From contig OZ024741.1 in assembly GCA_964016885.1 (NCBI GenBank), positions 273,358,001 to 273,422,000 of the forward strand: a stretch of 64,000 bases of DNA, in the 5' to 3' direction. Made by a program: the position numbers and the translations under genes. The notes under the pieces were generated by a model that saw nothing but the letters and a program-made list of their open reading frames with translations, was not told where the DNA came from and ran no database searches. Positions 1 through 13,641 of this stretch are shown piece after piece (position 1 is the first letter of the stretch; each line of letters begins with the position of its first letter). Source of the DNA: Eledone cirrhosa (Eukaryota).

Positions 1-606
1 GTTGTTGATCTTCTTCATGATGTTGTGGTCTATATTTGACGGTATTTCATGATAGAATGTTGTGTCTTTCAGTTGTTCCTCAACCAAATCCTTGTAGTAT
101 TCAGTATCCATTATAACAACTGCACCCCCTTTATCTGCTTGTTTAATTATTATTGTTTTATCATTTTGTATACGTTTAAGTGCAGACATTTCTGATTTGT
201 TAATGTTTGGCCTAACATTAGTATTATGTCTAAGAGGAAATTTAGACAGGATGTCAATGTATTGGTCGAGATAGATATTTCTTCCTTTTGCCGGAGTGAA
301 ATTTGATTTATTCTTTACTAGTGATTCATCACTCTCATTATTTTTATCAGCGAAGAATTCTACAAGACGTAATTTTCGACAGAATTCTTGGGTATCCTCC
401 TTCAGTTCTTGGTGGTTGACTGTTGGAGTCGGTGTGAATTTCAGTCCTTTTGACAGAATTTGCATTTCATCATTGTCAAGATCTCTTTTAGATAAATTAA
501 TTATTTTATGATCTACGTGTACAGCTGTTTTGGGTATGTTTCCTCCTGGAGTTTTTCTTTTTCCGGTTTTTGTTGTCCTGACGTTAAAAAATGAATTTTT
601 CTCTGT
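1..606 (-). CDS. Penelope-like element RT ORF, N-terminal part (runs off the window start)
   Basis: Manual translation is stop-free from 606 to 1: IINLSKRDLDNDEMQILSKGLKFTPTP...FCRKLRLVEFF...IIIKQADKGGAVVIMD. NLS, LxKGLxF and ADKG are PLE N-terminal motifs. It is absent from the ORF track because it has no stop in the window. Confidence 0.85.
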
Positions 607-1240
607 TCAGGATTTATATTCCTGTTGGTGTTCGCTTGATGAACTTTTGGTCGTGATATTATATTTGGTTTCGTTATGTATTTTGTCCTATTTTTGGTAT
701 TCTGTATATTATTTTTCTTCCTGTTAGCATTATTTTTAACAATCTGGGAAAATGACCTAGGTTTGCTTTCAGGTTTAGATCGTTTTTTCGTCCAGTTTCT
801 TGTGGGCAATCTCTGTTGAGATCTTGAGAGTGATCTGGTTATTCTACGTTTTGTTTCCACATTCCTTGTTGGTAGTCTCTGTTGAGATCTTGAGAATGAT
901 CTCCTGGTTTTACTACTTCTCATGGTCTGGTCAAAGGAATACCTATCGTGTTTGTGCTTTTTGTTCATGTTGTGTGCGATAGGGTGTTTTTGTAGAAAAA
1001 GCGAAGAGTTATTACCGTAGTTCTTCTTTGATTCAAGGTAAGGTGAGTGTTTGTGTTGGCACGTGTTCTGGCGTATGTTGTGTTGATGAGTTTGTCCACT
1101 TTTAATGCTTTTTCTCAGGGTTCCAGAGTCTTTACCGTAATTTGCAGCATATTCATCGAGAAATAATTGTTTCTGCTGCCATACCTTTCTTGATTTGTTT
1201 TCTTCTAGTTGAAAATTGCAAACTCGACTGTCACCACATA
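513..1240 (-). CDS. Basic K/R/Q/N-rich upstream ORF of the same PLE, probably 5'-truncated, overlapping the RT frame
   Basis: ORF track 513..1283 with an internal duplication R(S/T)xSRSQQRLPTRN. It overlaps the RT frame by ~90 nt. The TTG start lies inside the antisense HHR and is probably not real. Confidence 0.5.
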
Positions 1241-1243
1241 TCA

Positions 1244-1282
1244 TGAACCTGAAGATTGCGAAAGCATGAAAGTACTTGTTCA
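1244..1282 (+). ncRNA. Minimal type I hammerhead ribozyme in an inverted pLTR
   Basis: tgaac CTGAAGA t-tgc-gaaa-gca-t GAAA gtac T T gttca. Stem I is tgaac/gttca and loop 3 is the palindrome GUAC. Confidence 0.85.
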
Positions 1283-1509
1283 ATTAACACTTAGAATTTA
1301 ATATTCTATCATACTATTTCATTATAATACCATTATATATATTTTAAAGGATTGTAAATAAAACGAGTAAATCAGACAAAGTTGGAATTCCTCTTATTAA
1401 TATATATATATGTATATACATATATATATATATAAATATGTATGTATATATATATATATATGTATATACATATATATATATATATAAATATGTATGTATA
1501 TATATATGT

Positions 1510-1858
1510 ATATGATAAAGAACACAAGAGCGTCTACAACATCAAACATTTTTAATTGGCTTACAATGTTTCTTCCTTACGTAACCGTAGGATTCTTCAA
1601 AGCTATAAAAGGGGTTTGATTGGTGTTATGGACTCTACCAACCAAACATTCAAGAACAAAGAGTAAAGAGAGTAAAGAGCAAAAGCAGGGGACAATAAGT
1701 CTAATTTAGTTGCGGGAGGGGAGGTGTGGGTCCTTGTTTACTAGCTGTGGTCATATTCATTCCCGGGAGTCGAGTGGTTAGTGGAGCCATAGATGGGGTG
1801 GCATTGATAGTAGGGTGCAGAAGGTGTGCAGAGGCTACACACACACAAAGGGCATATA
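1510..1858 (-). mobile_element. PLE pLTR family A, inverted arm ending in (TA)n, with HHR at 1559-1603
   Basis: Near-identical reverse complement of 2563-2912. Confidence 0.8.
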
Positions 1859-2562
1859 TGGTAGTGTATCGAAGACCAGAAAACCATACTCCATAATATA
1901 GAACCAAGTGACTTATTTATGCGACCAAAATAACACTACACACATATTGGGTCAGCAACGAACAAGGAATTTTGGATGCACCGTCAATGACCGGGTAAGC
2001 ACAAATAGAATTCTATTTGCATTGAAATATACGAACTTGTGGATCGGTTGTGAGGTCGAGCGCAAACACACACGACCGCACAGATGAGCGATGGACTATG
2101 TCCTATGGGTTGGACTTGCAGGTGCATTGAAAGATGTGTAACTCTAGTATACATATTATTTATTATTAAGATGTATAAACTTGACACACTTATTATCATC
2201 TTATATTCTCTCAACTAATCACATTATGATTATATCTCTCTCTCCCGTTTTCTCCCCCCATATTTATAATATTTTTATTTAACAAAATCTGTTTTTTTAC
2301 ATTGTGTTTTTCCCTTTCTCATACTTGCTTATATTTTTTATATTTTTTATATATTCTCTATATATTTTTTATATATTTTTCTATTTTTATTTTTATTTTC
2401 ATTTTTTATCCTCCTTATATTTTATTTTATTCTTACTTTTATATCTTATTATAGTGTAATCTTCCCTATGCCTTATTATACATTATTAACTATAAATTAT
2501 TATTATTCTCATTCCATTTCTAATTACCTCATGTACTTTCTCATCCGTTATATATATATATT

Positions 2563-3005
2563 ATATGCCCTTTGTGTGTGTGTAGCCTCTGCACACCCTC
2601 TGCACCCTACTATCAATGCCACCCCATCTATGGCTCCACTAACCACTCGACTCCTGGGATTGAATATGACCACAGCTAGTAAACAAGGACCCACACCCCA
2701 CCCTCCTGCACCAAAATTAGACTTATTGTCCCCTGCTTTTGCTCTTTACTCTCTTTACTCTTTGTTCTTGAATGTTTGGTTGGTAGAGTCCATAACACCA
2801 ATCAAACCCCTTTTATAGCTTTGAAGAATCCTACGGTTACGTAAGGAAGAAACATTGTAAGCCAATAAAAAATGTTTGATGTTGTAGACGCTCTTGTGTT
2901 CTTTATCATATATACGGCTCTGCTCCAAAGCATTGAGCTAATTATCATACTGCCAATACTTTAATGGGACACGGGTATACAATACCTAACTCCTATTAAC
3001 CTAAG
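2563..3005 (+). mobile_element. PLE pLTR family A, direct arm plus tail; HHR-like motif 2818-2862 (UUGAAGA core) and bulged hairpin 2917-2938
   Basis: gct TTGAAGA a-tcctacg-gtta-cgtaagga-a GAAAC att GT A agc, followed by gctc-tgct-ccaa-agca-tt-gagc. Confidence 0.75.
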
Positions 3006-3017
3006 TATATACATATG

Positions 3018-3083
<66 letters not shown>

Positions 3084-3234
3084 CAAACTTGTTAAGTTAC
3101 CCCTAACCGTACGTTGAAACCATCCATGAAACTGGCTTTGTTAACCACGAACTGGATCACCATAACCAATTTTCTGCTTCCCTAACTACAGGCTCTTTAT
3201 TGGTCGAGCAACCACCTAAACATACGGTACTACT

Positions 3235-5550
3235 ATGGAAAAGCATTACATAGGTATGTCCCTAAAGAACATTCCTATACCTTTGAGAAAGGATTATACC
3301 CTCGGGATGATACAACGAACAAACGACTTTATACGCCGAGTTAGAAGGAAAACCTCCCATTTCGACAAAGGGCGTAATGGTCGCACCGTGGAATACAACA
3401 AGGAAACATACGGCTTCAAATCGTGTAAGAACCCACCTACCAACCCTCATCTGGATGCCTTTGAACAGGACTTACTGAAGATGATTATGAATATCAAATT
3501 CAAAAAGCGGAGGAATAATAAACTCCAGAATGACATAAATACATTCCTAAAAAAGCTGCGAACCACCAATGGAATTATTGTCAAAGCGGACAAAACCTCA
3601 AAAGAATTACATAGGAAATACAAAAAAACTAATGAGGCGGCACTGATAAACATCAACAACGAGGCACACAATATAGTCAAACACCTAGGAATAGACGACA
3701 GAACGGAGCCACTTAGGCCATGTACCCCCACATTTAATCTCAACGACCAGAAGGTAAATTTTGATTATAACCCCACAATTAGGCTTATATGCCCGTCCAA
3801 ATCGGGCATCGGGAAAATTAGTAAACATATATTAGACAGAGTGATAGCACAAATGAAGAATAAGCTAGTGATTAAACTATGGGGTAACACTACCGAATCA
3901 ATTAAATGGTTTAACAATATAGTTAACAAAAAAGTATATAAATTTATACAATTTGACATTAACGACTATTACTCCTCTATATCCCTCAACACCTTGGATA
4001 AAGCCTGAGCATTCGCCAAAGCCAATTCTGACCTAACAGACGACGAGATAAAAATCATATTAGCTGCTAGGAAAACAATAATTAAATTTGAAAACGCCTA
4101 TTGGGAACGTAAGGATAGATTAAATAACTTTGACATCACGATGGGGGCTAACGACTCGGCTCAACTCACAGATTTAGTAGGTATTTACATAGCCCATAGT
4201 TTACAGAGTGAGTTTAGTGACCTTCACGGTGGAATCTACAGAGACGACACCCTTCTCCTAGTTAAGAACCTAAATAACCAGAGCATAGAAAGACTCCGTA
4301 AGAATATTAGAAAGACTCTCGGGAAACTAGGCCTTAGCATAACGTATAAGTATAGCACTAAAACAGTTAACTTTCTAGACGCGACGCTTAACTTAAATAC
4401 GGGACTTATAAGACCTTTTCACAAGATTAATGAAAACTTAGCATACATCAACTGTAACTCAAACCACCCACTATCCATAATTAAATCCATTCCACGCAGC
4501 ATATCCCTTAGAATCTCCCGCTTCTCGTCTAACCGACAAATCTTTGAGGAACATGCAGAATACTACAATACCGCATTACACAAGGCAGGCCACTTAGATA
4601 GAGTAGAATATATAGATGAAAGCCTCCGCAAAGCACACACGAACACGCATAACACAAACTCCAGAAACACACGCACACACGCACTTACACAAAGAACTAC
4701 AAAGTATACGGTAAATAGAAATACAACATCGAAATCAAACAAGTCACGCAGTAGAAAATATATTTGGTATAACCCCATATTTAACACCTCTATTAGTTCT
4801 AACCTACCCTCTACCTTCTTTAGAATAATAAATAAGCACTTTCCAGATTCACATAGATACAGCAAAATCCTTAACATAAATCTATTAGACTATCTTACTC
4901 CACGGCACCAAATATAGAGGCACACATTAAGATGCTTAACGCTAAAAAGATACATAACAACACCAGAACACAAATTTACAACAATAACAATACAATCACC
5001 ATTGAACACAACAGAATATCTAATACACAACCACCCACTAATAGGCAAACAAAACGTAACACACTTGTACAGGCATCGCAGCCCACCAATAATGCCAAAG
5101 TTGCCCATGACAAGAATTGTAACTGCCACCTACCTGAAACCTGTCCATTACATAATGAATGTATGCAGTCTAACCTGGTTTACCAATGCACAATGGAATC
5201 AGACAACCAGAAATGGTATTACATCGGAGCGACTGGGAATACATTTAAAGCCCGTTGGTATACACACCGTTACGCAATGAAACATTCCCAGCATCGTTAT
5301 GTAACGTTATGCAAACAAGACCTGGCAACTGAGGGAAAGTAACCATCAATACACCCTGAAGTGGAAAAAATTATCGAACGCGCCCCCATATCAGAGTGGT
5401 ATGAGAAGTTGTCGATTATGTGACCTTGAGCTGTTCCACATTTTGAGTTCGAAGAATAAGTTACTCAACAATAAAATCGAAAGATCAATTTATTGTAACC
5501 ATAGACTCAAAGAAATGTGTTCGCACTACAAGTGCAAATCGAACCCTTAA
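3235..5550 (+). pseudogene. Decayed Naiad-type PLE ORF (RT + GIY-YIG endonuclease)
   Basis: ORFs 3235-4008, 4141-4917 and 4932-5342 contain SLKNIP, ADKT, QFDINDYY, MGANDSAQ, YRDD, FLD, WYNP, CNC and VYQC...YIG..FKARW..H. There is an in-frame TGA at 4006, an internal deletion after DKT, and frameshifts. Confidence 0.9.
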
Positions 5551-5808
5551 CCTCTTACTACCAACTGACAAACTGCATATACTTAGACTTTATACCCTGT
5601 TATTGTATCTAAACCCTTTTAATTACCCACAAAAAACAATACCTATATCCCTCCCTTCTCCTTCATTCCTCTTCTATTCGTTTCCTTCCTTCCCTCCGTT
5701 TTTTGGCTATCTTTTCTTTTCTTCTCCCCCCCCCTCTTTGCTTTTATTTTTGTCATTATTATCTTTATCTTTATTTTTTATATATATATTTATCTCTTTA
5801 TATCTCCC

Positions 5809-5857
<49 letters not shown>

Positions 5858-6137
5858 ATCCCTCCCACTATGATCAATTTAATTCTCTTTAACTCACTAC
5901 ATTCCACGACATGAAGTCTACATATCAAAACTGATCAAGGAATGCTTCCACCGCTACCCCTCCCTCCATCTCAGTTTGTCACTCTACTTCCTAACTCGTC
6001 TCCCCCTTCCTCTCTCTCTATACTATTCCGTTTGTCCCCTCACCTAATTCCTCTTCCTCTCTCTCTAATACTAGTAAATACAATTCCAAAAAAATGTTTT
6101 TCGCTATATATTAAGAACTATTTCAAGAGTAACTCAC

Positions 6138-6238
6138 TATTTTGAAAATTTGGACGTGAACAACAATTATCATTGAGTGGCTGCTATTTGCAGTATAGCA
6201 ATATAAGGTTGCACTTACCAATGAAACGGTCGTAAATA
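6138..6238 (+). ncRNA. Type I HHR variant (U3-A8 core, long stem II) in the 3' pLTR of the 3.2-5.5 kb element
   Basis: tatt TTGAAAA t-ttgg...ccaa-t GAAAC ggtc GT A aata. The element ends at (TA)n at ~6285. Confidence 0.6.
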
Positions 6239-6284
6239 AATGGATAAAATCCTTCTCTTAATGCTTACCTGTGTTTTCTCTTTT

Positions 6285-6908
6285 ATATATATATATGTGT
6301 ATATATGTATATATATATATATGTGTGTATATATGTATATATGTATATATATATCTGTGTATATATGTATATATATATATGTGTGTGTATATATGTATAT
6401 ATATATATGTGTGTATATATGTATATATATATATGTTTGTATATATATATGTGTGTACATATATATATATGTATATATGTATATATATATATGTATATAT
6501 GTATATATATGTGTGTGTATATATGTATGTTTATATATATATATGTGTATATATGTATATATATATATATATGTATATATATATAAATATATATGTATAT
6601 ATATATATATGTGTGTATATATGTATATATATATATATATCATAAAACATGTCTATAGAATCACAAGATAAAAGTGACCAGTTGCAAAACACGTATATGT
6701 ATGTGTATGTATATATATATGTAAACTTTTATATGTATATATATATATATGTATATGTATATATATGTGTGTGTATATATGTATGTATATATATGTGTGT
6801 ATATAGGTATATATATATGTATATACATATGTATATATATATGTATATACATATGTATATATATATATGTACATATACATATATATGTATATATATGTAT
6901 ATATATAC

Positions 6909-6962
<54 letters not shown>

Positions 6963-7141
6963 GTATATATATGTATATATATGTATATATATATGTATAT
7001 ATATGTATATATATGTATATATATATGTATATATATGTATATATATGTATATGTATATATATATGTATATATATGTATATATATATGTATATGTATATAT
7101 ATATATGTATATGTATATATATGTATATATATATATGTATA

Positions 7142-7204
<63 letters not shown>

Positions 7205-7225
7205 GTATATATATGTATATATATC
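6285..7225. repeat. (TA)n/(TATG)n compound microsatellite
   Basis: Direct reading. Confidence 0.95.
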
Positions 7226-8882
7226 TATCTATCTAAGGCGGGTAAAATTCCCGAGATCCATGGACGAGTTCTCTCCAGCGGTCTCTGTCCCTCATTATCG
7301 CTGCCATGTCCTGCGTCTCCAACAGACCAGTGTCTGTCCTTAGGGCATCAACATACGTTAACCATGGTCTTCCTCTTCTAGTGTGTCCATGAAGGGGATC
7401 CCAAAGGAGCACTGAGTGCAATGTCAACTCTGGATGTAGGTGAGCATGTCCAGCTAACCTCAGTCTCCTCTGTGTCACTTTTGAGCTGACTTTTGGGATG
7501 CTCCCATACAGCTCTGAGTTTTTCATCCTCAGTGTATACTGATTAATGTTCAGAGCCATCCTCAGCATTCTCGTGTAGCACCCATCCACCATCTGAGTTA
7601 GATCCAGGGAACGGGGCCCGAGGATAGGAAGAGGAAATGGCTAGACCATTTTAGGACCCTACTAGGAGAGCCACCCTCCACAGCCCAGAGCACTGGGGAG
7701 ATCAGGCGGCTCTTTGAGGAACTGGATGTTGAGACAGAGCCCTTCACCAGAGAGGAGCTTCAGAGAGCCAAAAAGAGGATCAAGGAGGGCAAGGCTCATG
7801 GGGAAGATGGAGTGGCATCAGAGGTGATGAAGAGGTGTGATTTTGATGATATCATCCTGGGGTTCTGTAACGGGGCACTGGAGAAAGGAGTTGCCCCGAA
7901 TCAGTGGAGGATCAGTAACATCGTCCCAGTGCCAAAGAAGGGAGATCTCTCTAACACCAACAACTACCGGGGGATCTCACTGACGTCACTTGTGGCAAAG
8001 ACCCTCAACCGGATGATTCTTAACAGGATCCAGCCTGAGATGGAGAAGAAGTTCAGGAACAACCAGAACGGCTTCAGAGAGGGAAGATAAACCACCAGTC
8101 ACATCCTGATGCTGAGGAGGATATTAGAGGGAGCTAGAGCAAAGTGCCTTCCTGCGGTCATGGTTTTCATTGACTTTAGGAAGGCCTTTGATTCTGTGGA
8201 CCGTTACAACCTGATGAAGATTTTACAGGCTTATGGAATCCCCAAGAAGATAGTGGACCTGATATCACTGCTCTACACCACCACCAAAGCCCAAGTCATT
8301 ACACCTGATGGGATGACAGAGGTCTTTGAGATACTGGCTGGAGTGCTCCAGGGAGATACATTGGCTCCCTACCTTTTTATCATCGTAGTGGACTATTGTA
8401 TGCGCCTTGCACTGGAGAAACACCAGGACTCTGGCTTTACTGTAGCACCGGCTCCGAGCAGGAAAGTTAGGGCGAAAAAGGTATCGGATGCTGAATTTGC
8501 CGACGACATAGTTTTGGTGACAAATACAGTGAAGGAGGCAGAAGATTTGATGCGGGAAGTTGAGACTGTGTCGATGAGTCTGGGGCTGAGAATGAATGAG
8601 ACTAAAACAAAATATCTGGTAGAGAATGTTGAGAAGCCAGAGGGGATCACTAATGTAGGCGGGAAGCCGCTAGAATTGGTTGAGGGCTTCCTGTATATGG
8701 GAGCAAAGATTGGGAATACGGAAGATGATGTGGTTAAGAGGAAGAGCAAGGCCTGGGCGGTGTACCACAGCTTGAAATCGGTGTGGAAGTCGGACCTTTG
8801 TAGAGACCTGAAAATCCGCCTCTTCATTGCTGTAGTGGAGTCTGTGCTGCTGTATGGGTCTGAGACTTGGACACTGACCAAT
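7226..8882 (-). mobile_element. RTE-clade LINE with 5' inversion: 3' end on the minus strand at 7226-7602 and RT segment inverted on the plus strand at 7603-8882
   Basis: Plus segment: [50 protein letters not shown]. The minus segment continues with MVDGCYTRMLR...RRLRLAGH...RRGRP. Both ends are in (TA)n. Confidence 0.85.
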
Positions 8883-9798
<916 letters not shown>

Positions 9799-10755
9799 AC
9801 TAGACATGAAAAATGCGCAAGCTCAAAAGTGCCACAGAATGTTATAATAAACCTTCAAAAGTGTGGGACTAGAGTTGTTGCTAAAAAATATTGTAATCAT
9901 TATATATCGTACATTCTGTGGCATCCTTTATAAAAATAGCTTAAACCAACGAAGCCTTTATTTTTACGCTATTTCACTTAGTTAATTCTTAGAGTGTAAC
10001 ATATAAAAATATGATTTACAACTATAAAATAAATTAATTAATATAATAACAGAGCTGCGGAGCTGAAATTTAGGAAATAATGGAGTATCGGATCCTGAGT
10101 TGGAGCCAGTCAATTTTTGGCCGACTCCGCAGCCCTGTATAATACATTTCATATTAAAGTTATTAATAAACCTATTTTACACTTCATGCAAATTACCACG
10201 AGATATTGATATTAGATATAAGATACAGCGCAATATCTACAGCTGTAAAAGTACGAAAGCGAAGTAATAATAAGTGGCTTAAGGTAATTCCAATATGAAA
10301 GTTTGTAGTGATAAAAATTTGATAATGCAATACGATTGTTAATATTATAGTTCTATGAAAATGTAACAATAGATAACTAAATTATTTTACTATTAGTATA
10401 TTTAAGAAATTATCATTATAGATTTGATCGTTCATATAAGCATCATATTAAGTTTCAACACAATTATTTTGTTACTATGAGTATATGATAATAATATTAC
10501 GTAATTATTTATAGCTGTTATTACATTAAACATAGATGTATTTATTTTTATATGTTACACTCTAAGAATTAACTAAGTGAAATAGCGTAAAAATAAAGGC
10601 TTCGTTGGTTTAAGCTATTTTTATAAAGGATGCCACAGAATGTACGATATATAATGATTACAATATTTTTTAGCAACAACTCTAGTCCCACACTTTTGAA
10701 GGTTTATTATAACATTCTGTGGCACTTTTGAGCTTGCGCATTTTTCATGTCTAGT
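9799..10755. repeat. ~212-bp perfect inverted repeat (9799-10010 / 10544-10755)
   Basis: actagacatgaaaaatgcgc...gtgtaacatataaaaat is the exact reverse complement of atttttatatgttacac...catgtctagt. Confidence 0.85.
10050..10137. mobile_element. Small hAT-like MITE
   Basis: TIRs cagagctgcggag / ctccgcagccctg, with an 8-bp flank tataataa / tataatac (7 of 8 match, TSD-like). Confidence 0.6.
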
Positions 10756-11349
10756 TTAATATTTTTTTAAGGCAACGCTTGTAATAACTCTAGTTAAACA
10801 GGATATATATTAATAATAAATTATCGTTGTAATGTAATTAGATTATGTAATTGTTATTATAAATTATCTTATAAATATTAGTGTAAGATGTATAAAAATA
10901 TTTTCAGACTTTTAATATAAACAACTACAAAAAACAATCAATATTAAATCAATATATTATACATAATAGAAAACATAAAATATACAATACAAAAACAAAA
11001 TATTTACATACAATTGCAATTATCAGTGTATATACATTTTCTTTATATTCCCTGAGCAAATTAATAAGATTTGTTTTTATTGTACATAATTTGATGACTT
11101 GTTGGAGTGTATTAAAAGATAGCAACAATTTGTGATTAAATTGTTATCTTAAGCAACTCACTTTTTAATAGTTGTTGGCTGAGCGAAATTGTAAAAGCCT
11201 ATGAGCAAATATAAAAAAAAATACACAAACAACATTTCCTTGTGTTATTACAACATTAGATAAAATAATTGAGCAATGTCGTTATATTTTGCTCTTATTG
11301 CACATTAATAGTGTTTCTATTTTTCGGCACAAATCCATTACGGCAGTCC

Positions 11350-11475
11350 ATTACTGGTACTTTATTTTATCGAATTAGTAAGTATGAAAGTCGAAGTTAA
11401 CCTCGGCAGGATTTGAACTTAGAATGCAAAGGACCATAACAATACTGCAAAGTATGGTGTCTGACGCTCTACCAA
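11350..11475 (-). mobile_element. tRNA-derived SINE (family S1)
   Basis: Reverse complement of gttcaaatcc(c/t)gccgaggttaactttg...gataaaataaagtaccagtaa, shared with more than 10 copies in the window. Confidence 0.7.
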
Positions 11476-11869
11476 TACTTGTGTTGAGCTGGTCATTAAT
11501 TTATGGTGGTCGTGCGTGGAGTAGAGCAATCGCTAGTTGAAATATTATGAACAAAACATTTTTATTTGCCGAAGAACATATTTTCAATACTGTTTGTGAA
11601 TGTGACGAAGGAAATACATTCTGATATGGAACAGTGTACAAAGTGTGTCTGTGAATAACATAATGTTACCTCATGTTGTTGTCAAGACATAATGGATTTC
11701 GTTTATCCAGTTAGAAGATGAAACCTAGCCATCTCGGATTAGTTATATTTCATGCCATGTGTAAACGTGTTTGAGGATAGCAAAATATGCGCGTTAATTA
11801 TAATAATTAGTTAATAATATTACAAAATATACCTAATTAAACTCTTTGCTTGAAATTTTATCATTCTTC

Positions 11870-11930
<61 letters not shown>

Positions 11931-12544
11931 TTTATCTAGTCCTTCGCTCAAGATTAATCTATAAGTTTAGATGTTTGCCTTCGTTTAAGTAAATATTACA
12001 GTAAGATTTTTAATATAAACAACTACAAAAAACAATTAATATTAAAACGAAAAAATTATCAATGATAAAAGAAGCGGATGCAACTTTTTTTTTTATAAAG
12101 TTATATTCCTGTTTCTTTAAAGAACATTTCATTTTTGTTCTATTGTAGGCGAAATAATGCAATGGTTTAATAGGGAAGATATAACTTACCAATTATGTCT
12201 CTAACCGTGTAACGCTTTTTAAGTAGATAACTACAATTGAAAATACTAAAGAAATGGAACCAACAATTCAATTTGAAAGTCGTCTAGTGACAGTGTATTA
12301 CTGGTACTTTATTTTATCGACCCCGTAACGATGAAAGGCAAAAATGCAAATGCTTAAAATTTAAATTGCCTTAATTCTATCGTCTGCTGTTTCATTAAAG
12401 GGAGATTCTCGTCTGTATTTAATTCTATCGTCTACTGTTCCACTAAACAGATATACCTCCACTATCGTCTCTATTTATACATTTTAACTTATAACTTATA
12501 CACATTTGATTTGAAATATTTTATCTAGTCCCCCCTCTCAATAT

Positions 12545-12595
12545 TATGATGATTTCTTTCGAATGAAACAGTTCTAGTCCTGTAGAAGCCATTTA
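12545..12595 (+). ncRNA. Decayed HHR relic related to pLTR family B
   Basis: atgatgatttctttcgaatgaaacagttctagtcctgtagaa versus ctgatgatttctaatgaatgaaacagttctagtcctgtagaa at 27245. Confidence 0.6.
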
Positions 12596-13346
12596 TATAT
12601 ATAATTGAACTGAGTTAAAAATTCACAATATTTATAATTAAATAAGCTCATATATATATGTGTGTATTTATCTGTTTATTGTATTATATATAATGTGTGT
12701 ATATACAGGATGTCCCCCAAAAATATATACACACTTCAACAGCATTCTAATAACTATTGCCTGTACAGGTAATCAAAGTGTCAATCGAATGTTAGTTTCG
12801 TGTTTTAACAGTACAAATTTACAATACACACATAAAACCAGTGTATATACATACATGAGTGTGTATACACATACATGAATGTGTATATACAATATATATG
12901 TATATATATATAGACACATATATTCACGGTGCAACGGTACATTAAAATATAGATGCGGGAGAGGGGGGGTGTATATATAGGGGCGCTGGTGATAAAGGAG
13001 TGTAAAGCGTGTGTAATTGATATATTGAAGGAGAGGAGCGTGCAGCGATAGAGTAACAAATATATAGAGCGGGGGAGAGATGGTATTGAAGGGGAGGAGT
13101 GCAAAGCGAAAGAGTAAGAGATATATATAGAGACGGAACAGATAGAGAGAAACAGGCGTAAGTAACAGTGGAAGAGATATAGAGAGAGGTACTCTGATTG
13201 GTTGAAAATTAGCCAATGACATACGATCACCACCACCACGGCTATCCCCGAAAAATTTTAAAGAAGCTAGGCATATATGTTAGAACACGAAAAGTGAACA
13301 TTCTGTTGTTTCACACTTTTCGTGTTCTAACAGATATACACATATA

Positions 13347-13608
13347 TATCTATCTAAGGCGGGTAAAATTCCCGAGATCCATGGACGAGTTCTCTCCAGC
13401 GGTCTCTGTCCCTCATTATCGCTGCCATATCCTGCATCTCCAACAGACCAGTGTCTGTCCTTAGGGCATCAACATATGTTAACCTTGGTCTTCCTCTTCT
13501 AGTGTGTCCATGTAGGGGCTCCCAAAGGAGCACTGAGTGCAATGTCAACTCTGGATGTCGGTGAGCATGTCCAGCCAACCTCAGTCTCCTCTGTGTCACT
13601 TTTGAGCT

Positions 13609-13613
<5 letters not shown>
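13347..13613 (-). mobile_element. 5'-truncated 3' end of the same RTE family as 7226-7602
   Basis: Near-identical sequence (RRLRLAGHAHRH...RRGRP...EFYPP*), flanked by TA repeats. Confidence 0.85.

Positions 13614-13639
<26 letters not shown>

Positions 13640-13641
<2 letters not shown>

Noticed and set aside
4006-4008. In-frame TGA in a Naiad ORF as possible selenocysteine (some Naiads are selenoproteins)
   Set aside because: It aligns to a hydrophobic residue (KA*AFAK versus DAINFAR), not Cys. The copy has other lesions, and the intact element B has no in-frame TGA.
12705-13270. Tc1/mariner TIR start (tacaggatgtccc) and a Helitron-like 3' end (ctag)
   Set aside because: No partner terminus was identified, so element boundaries cannot be supported.
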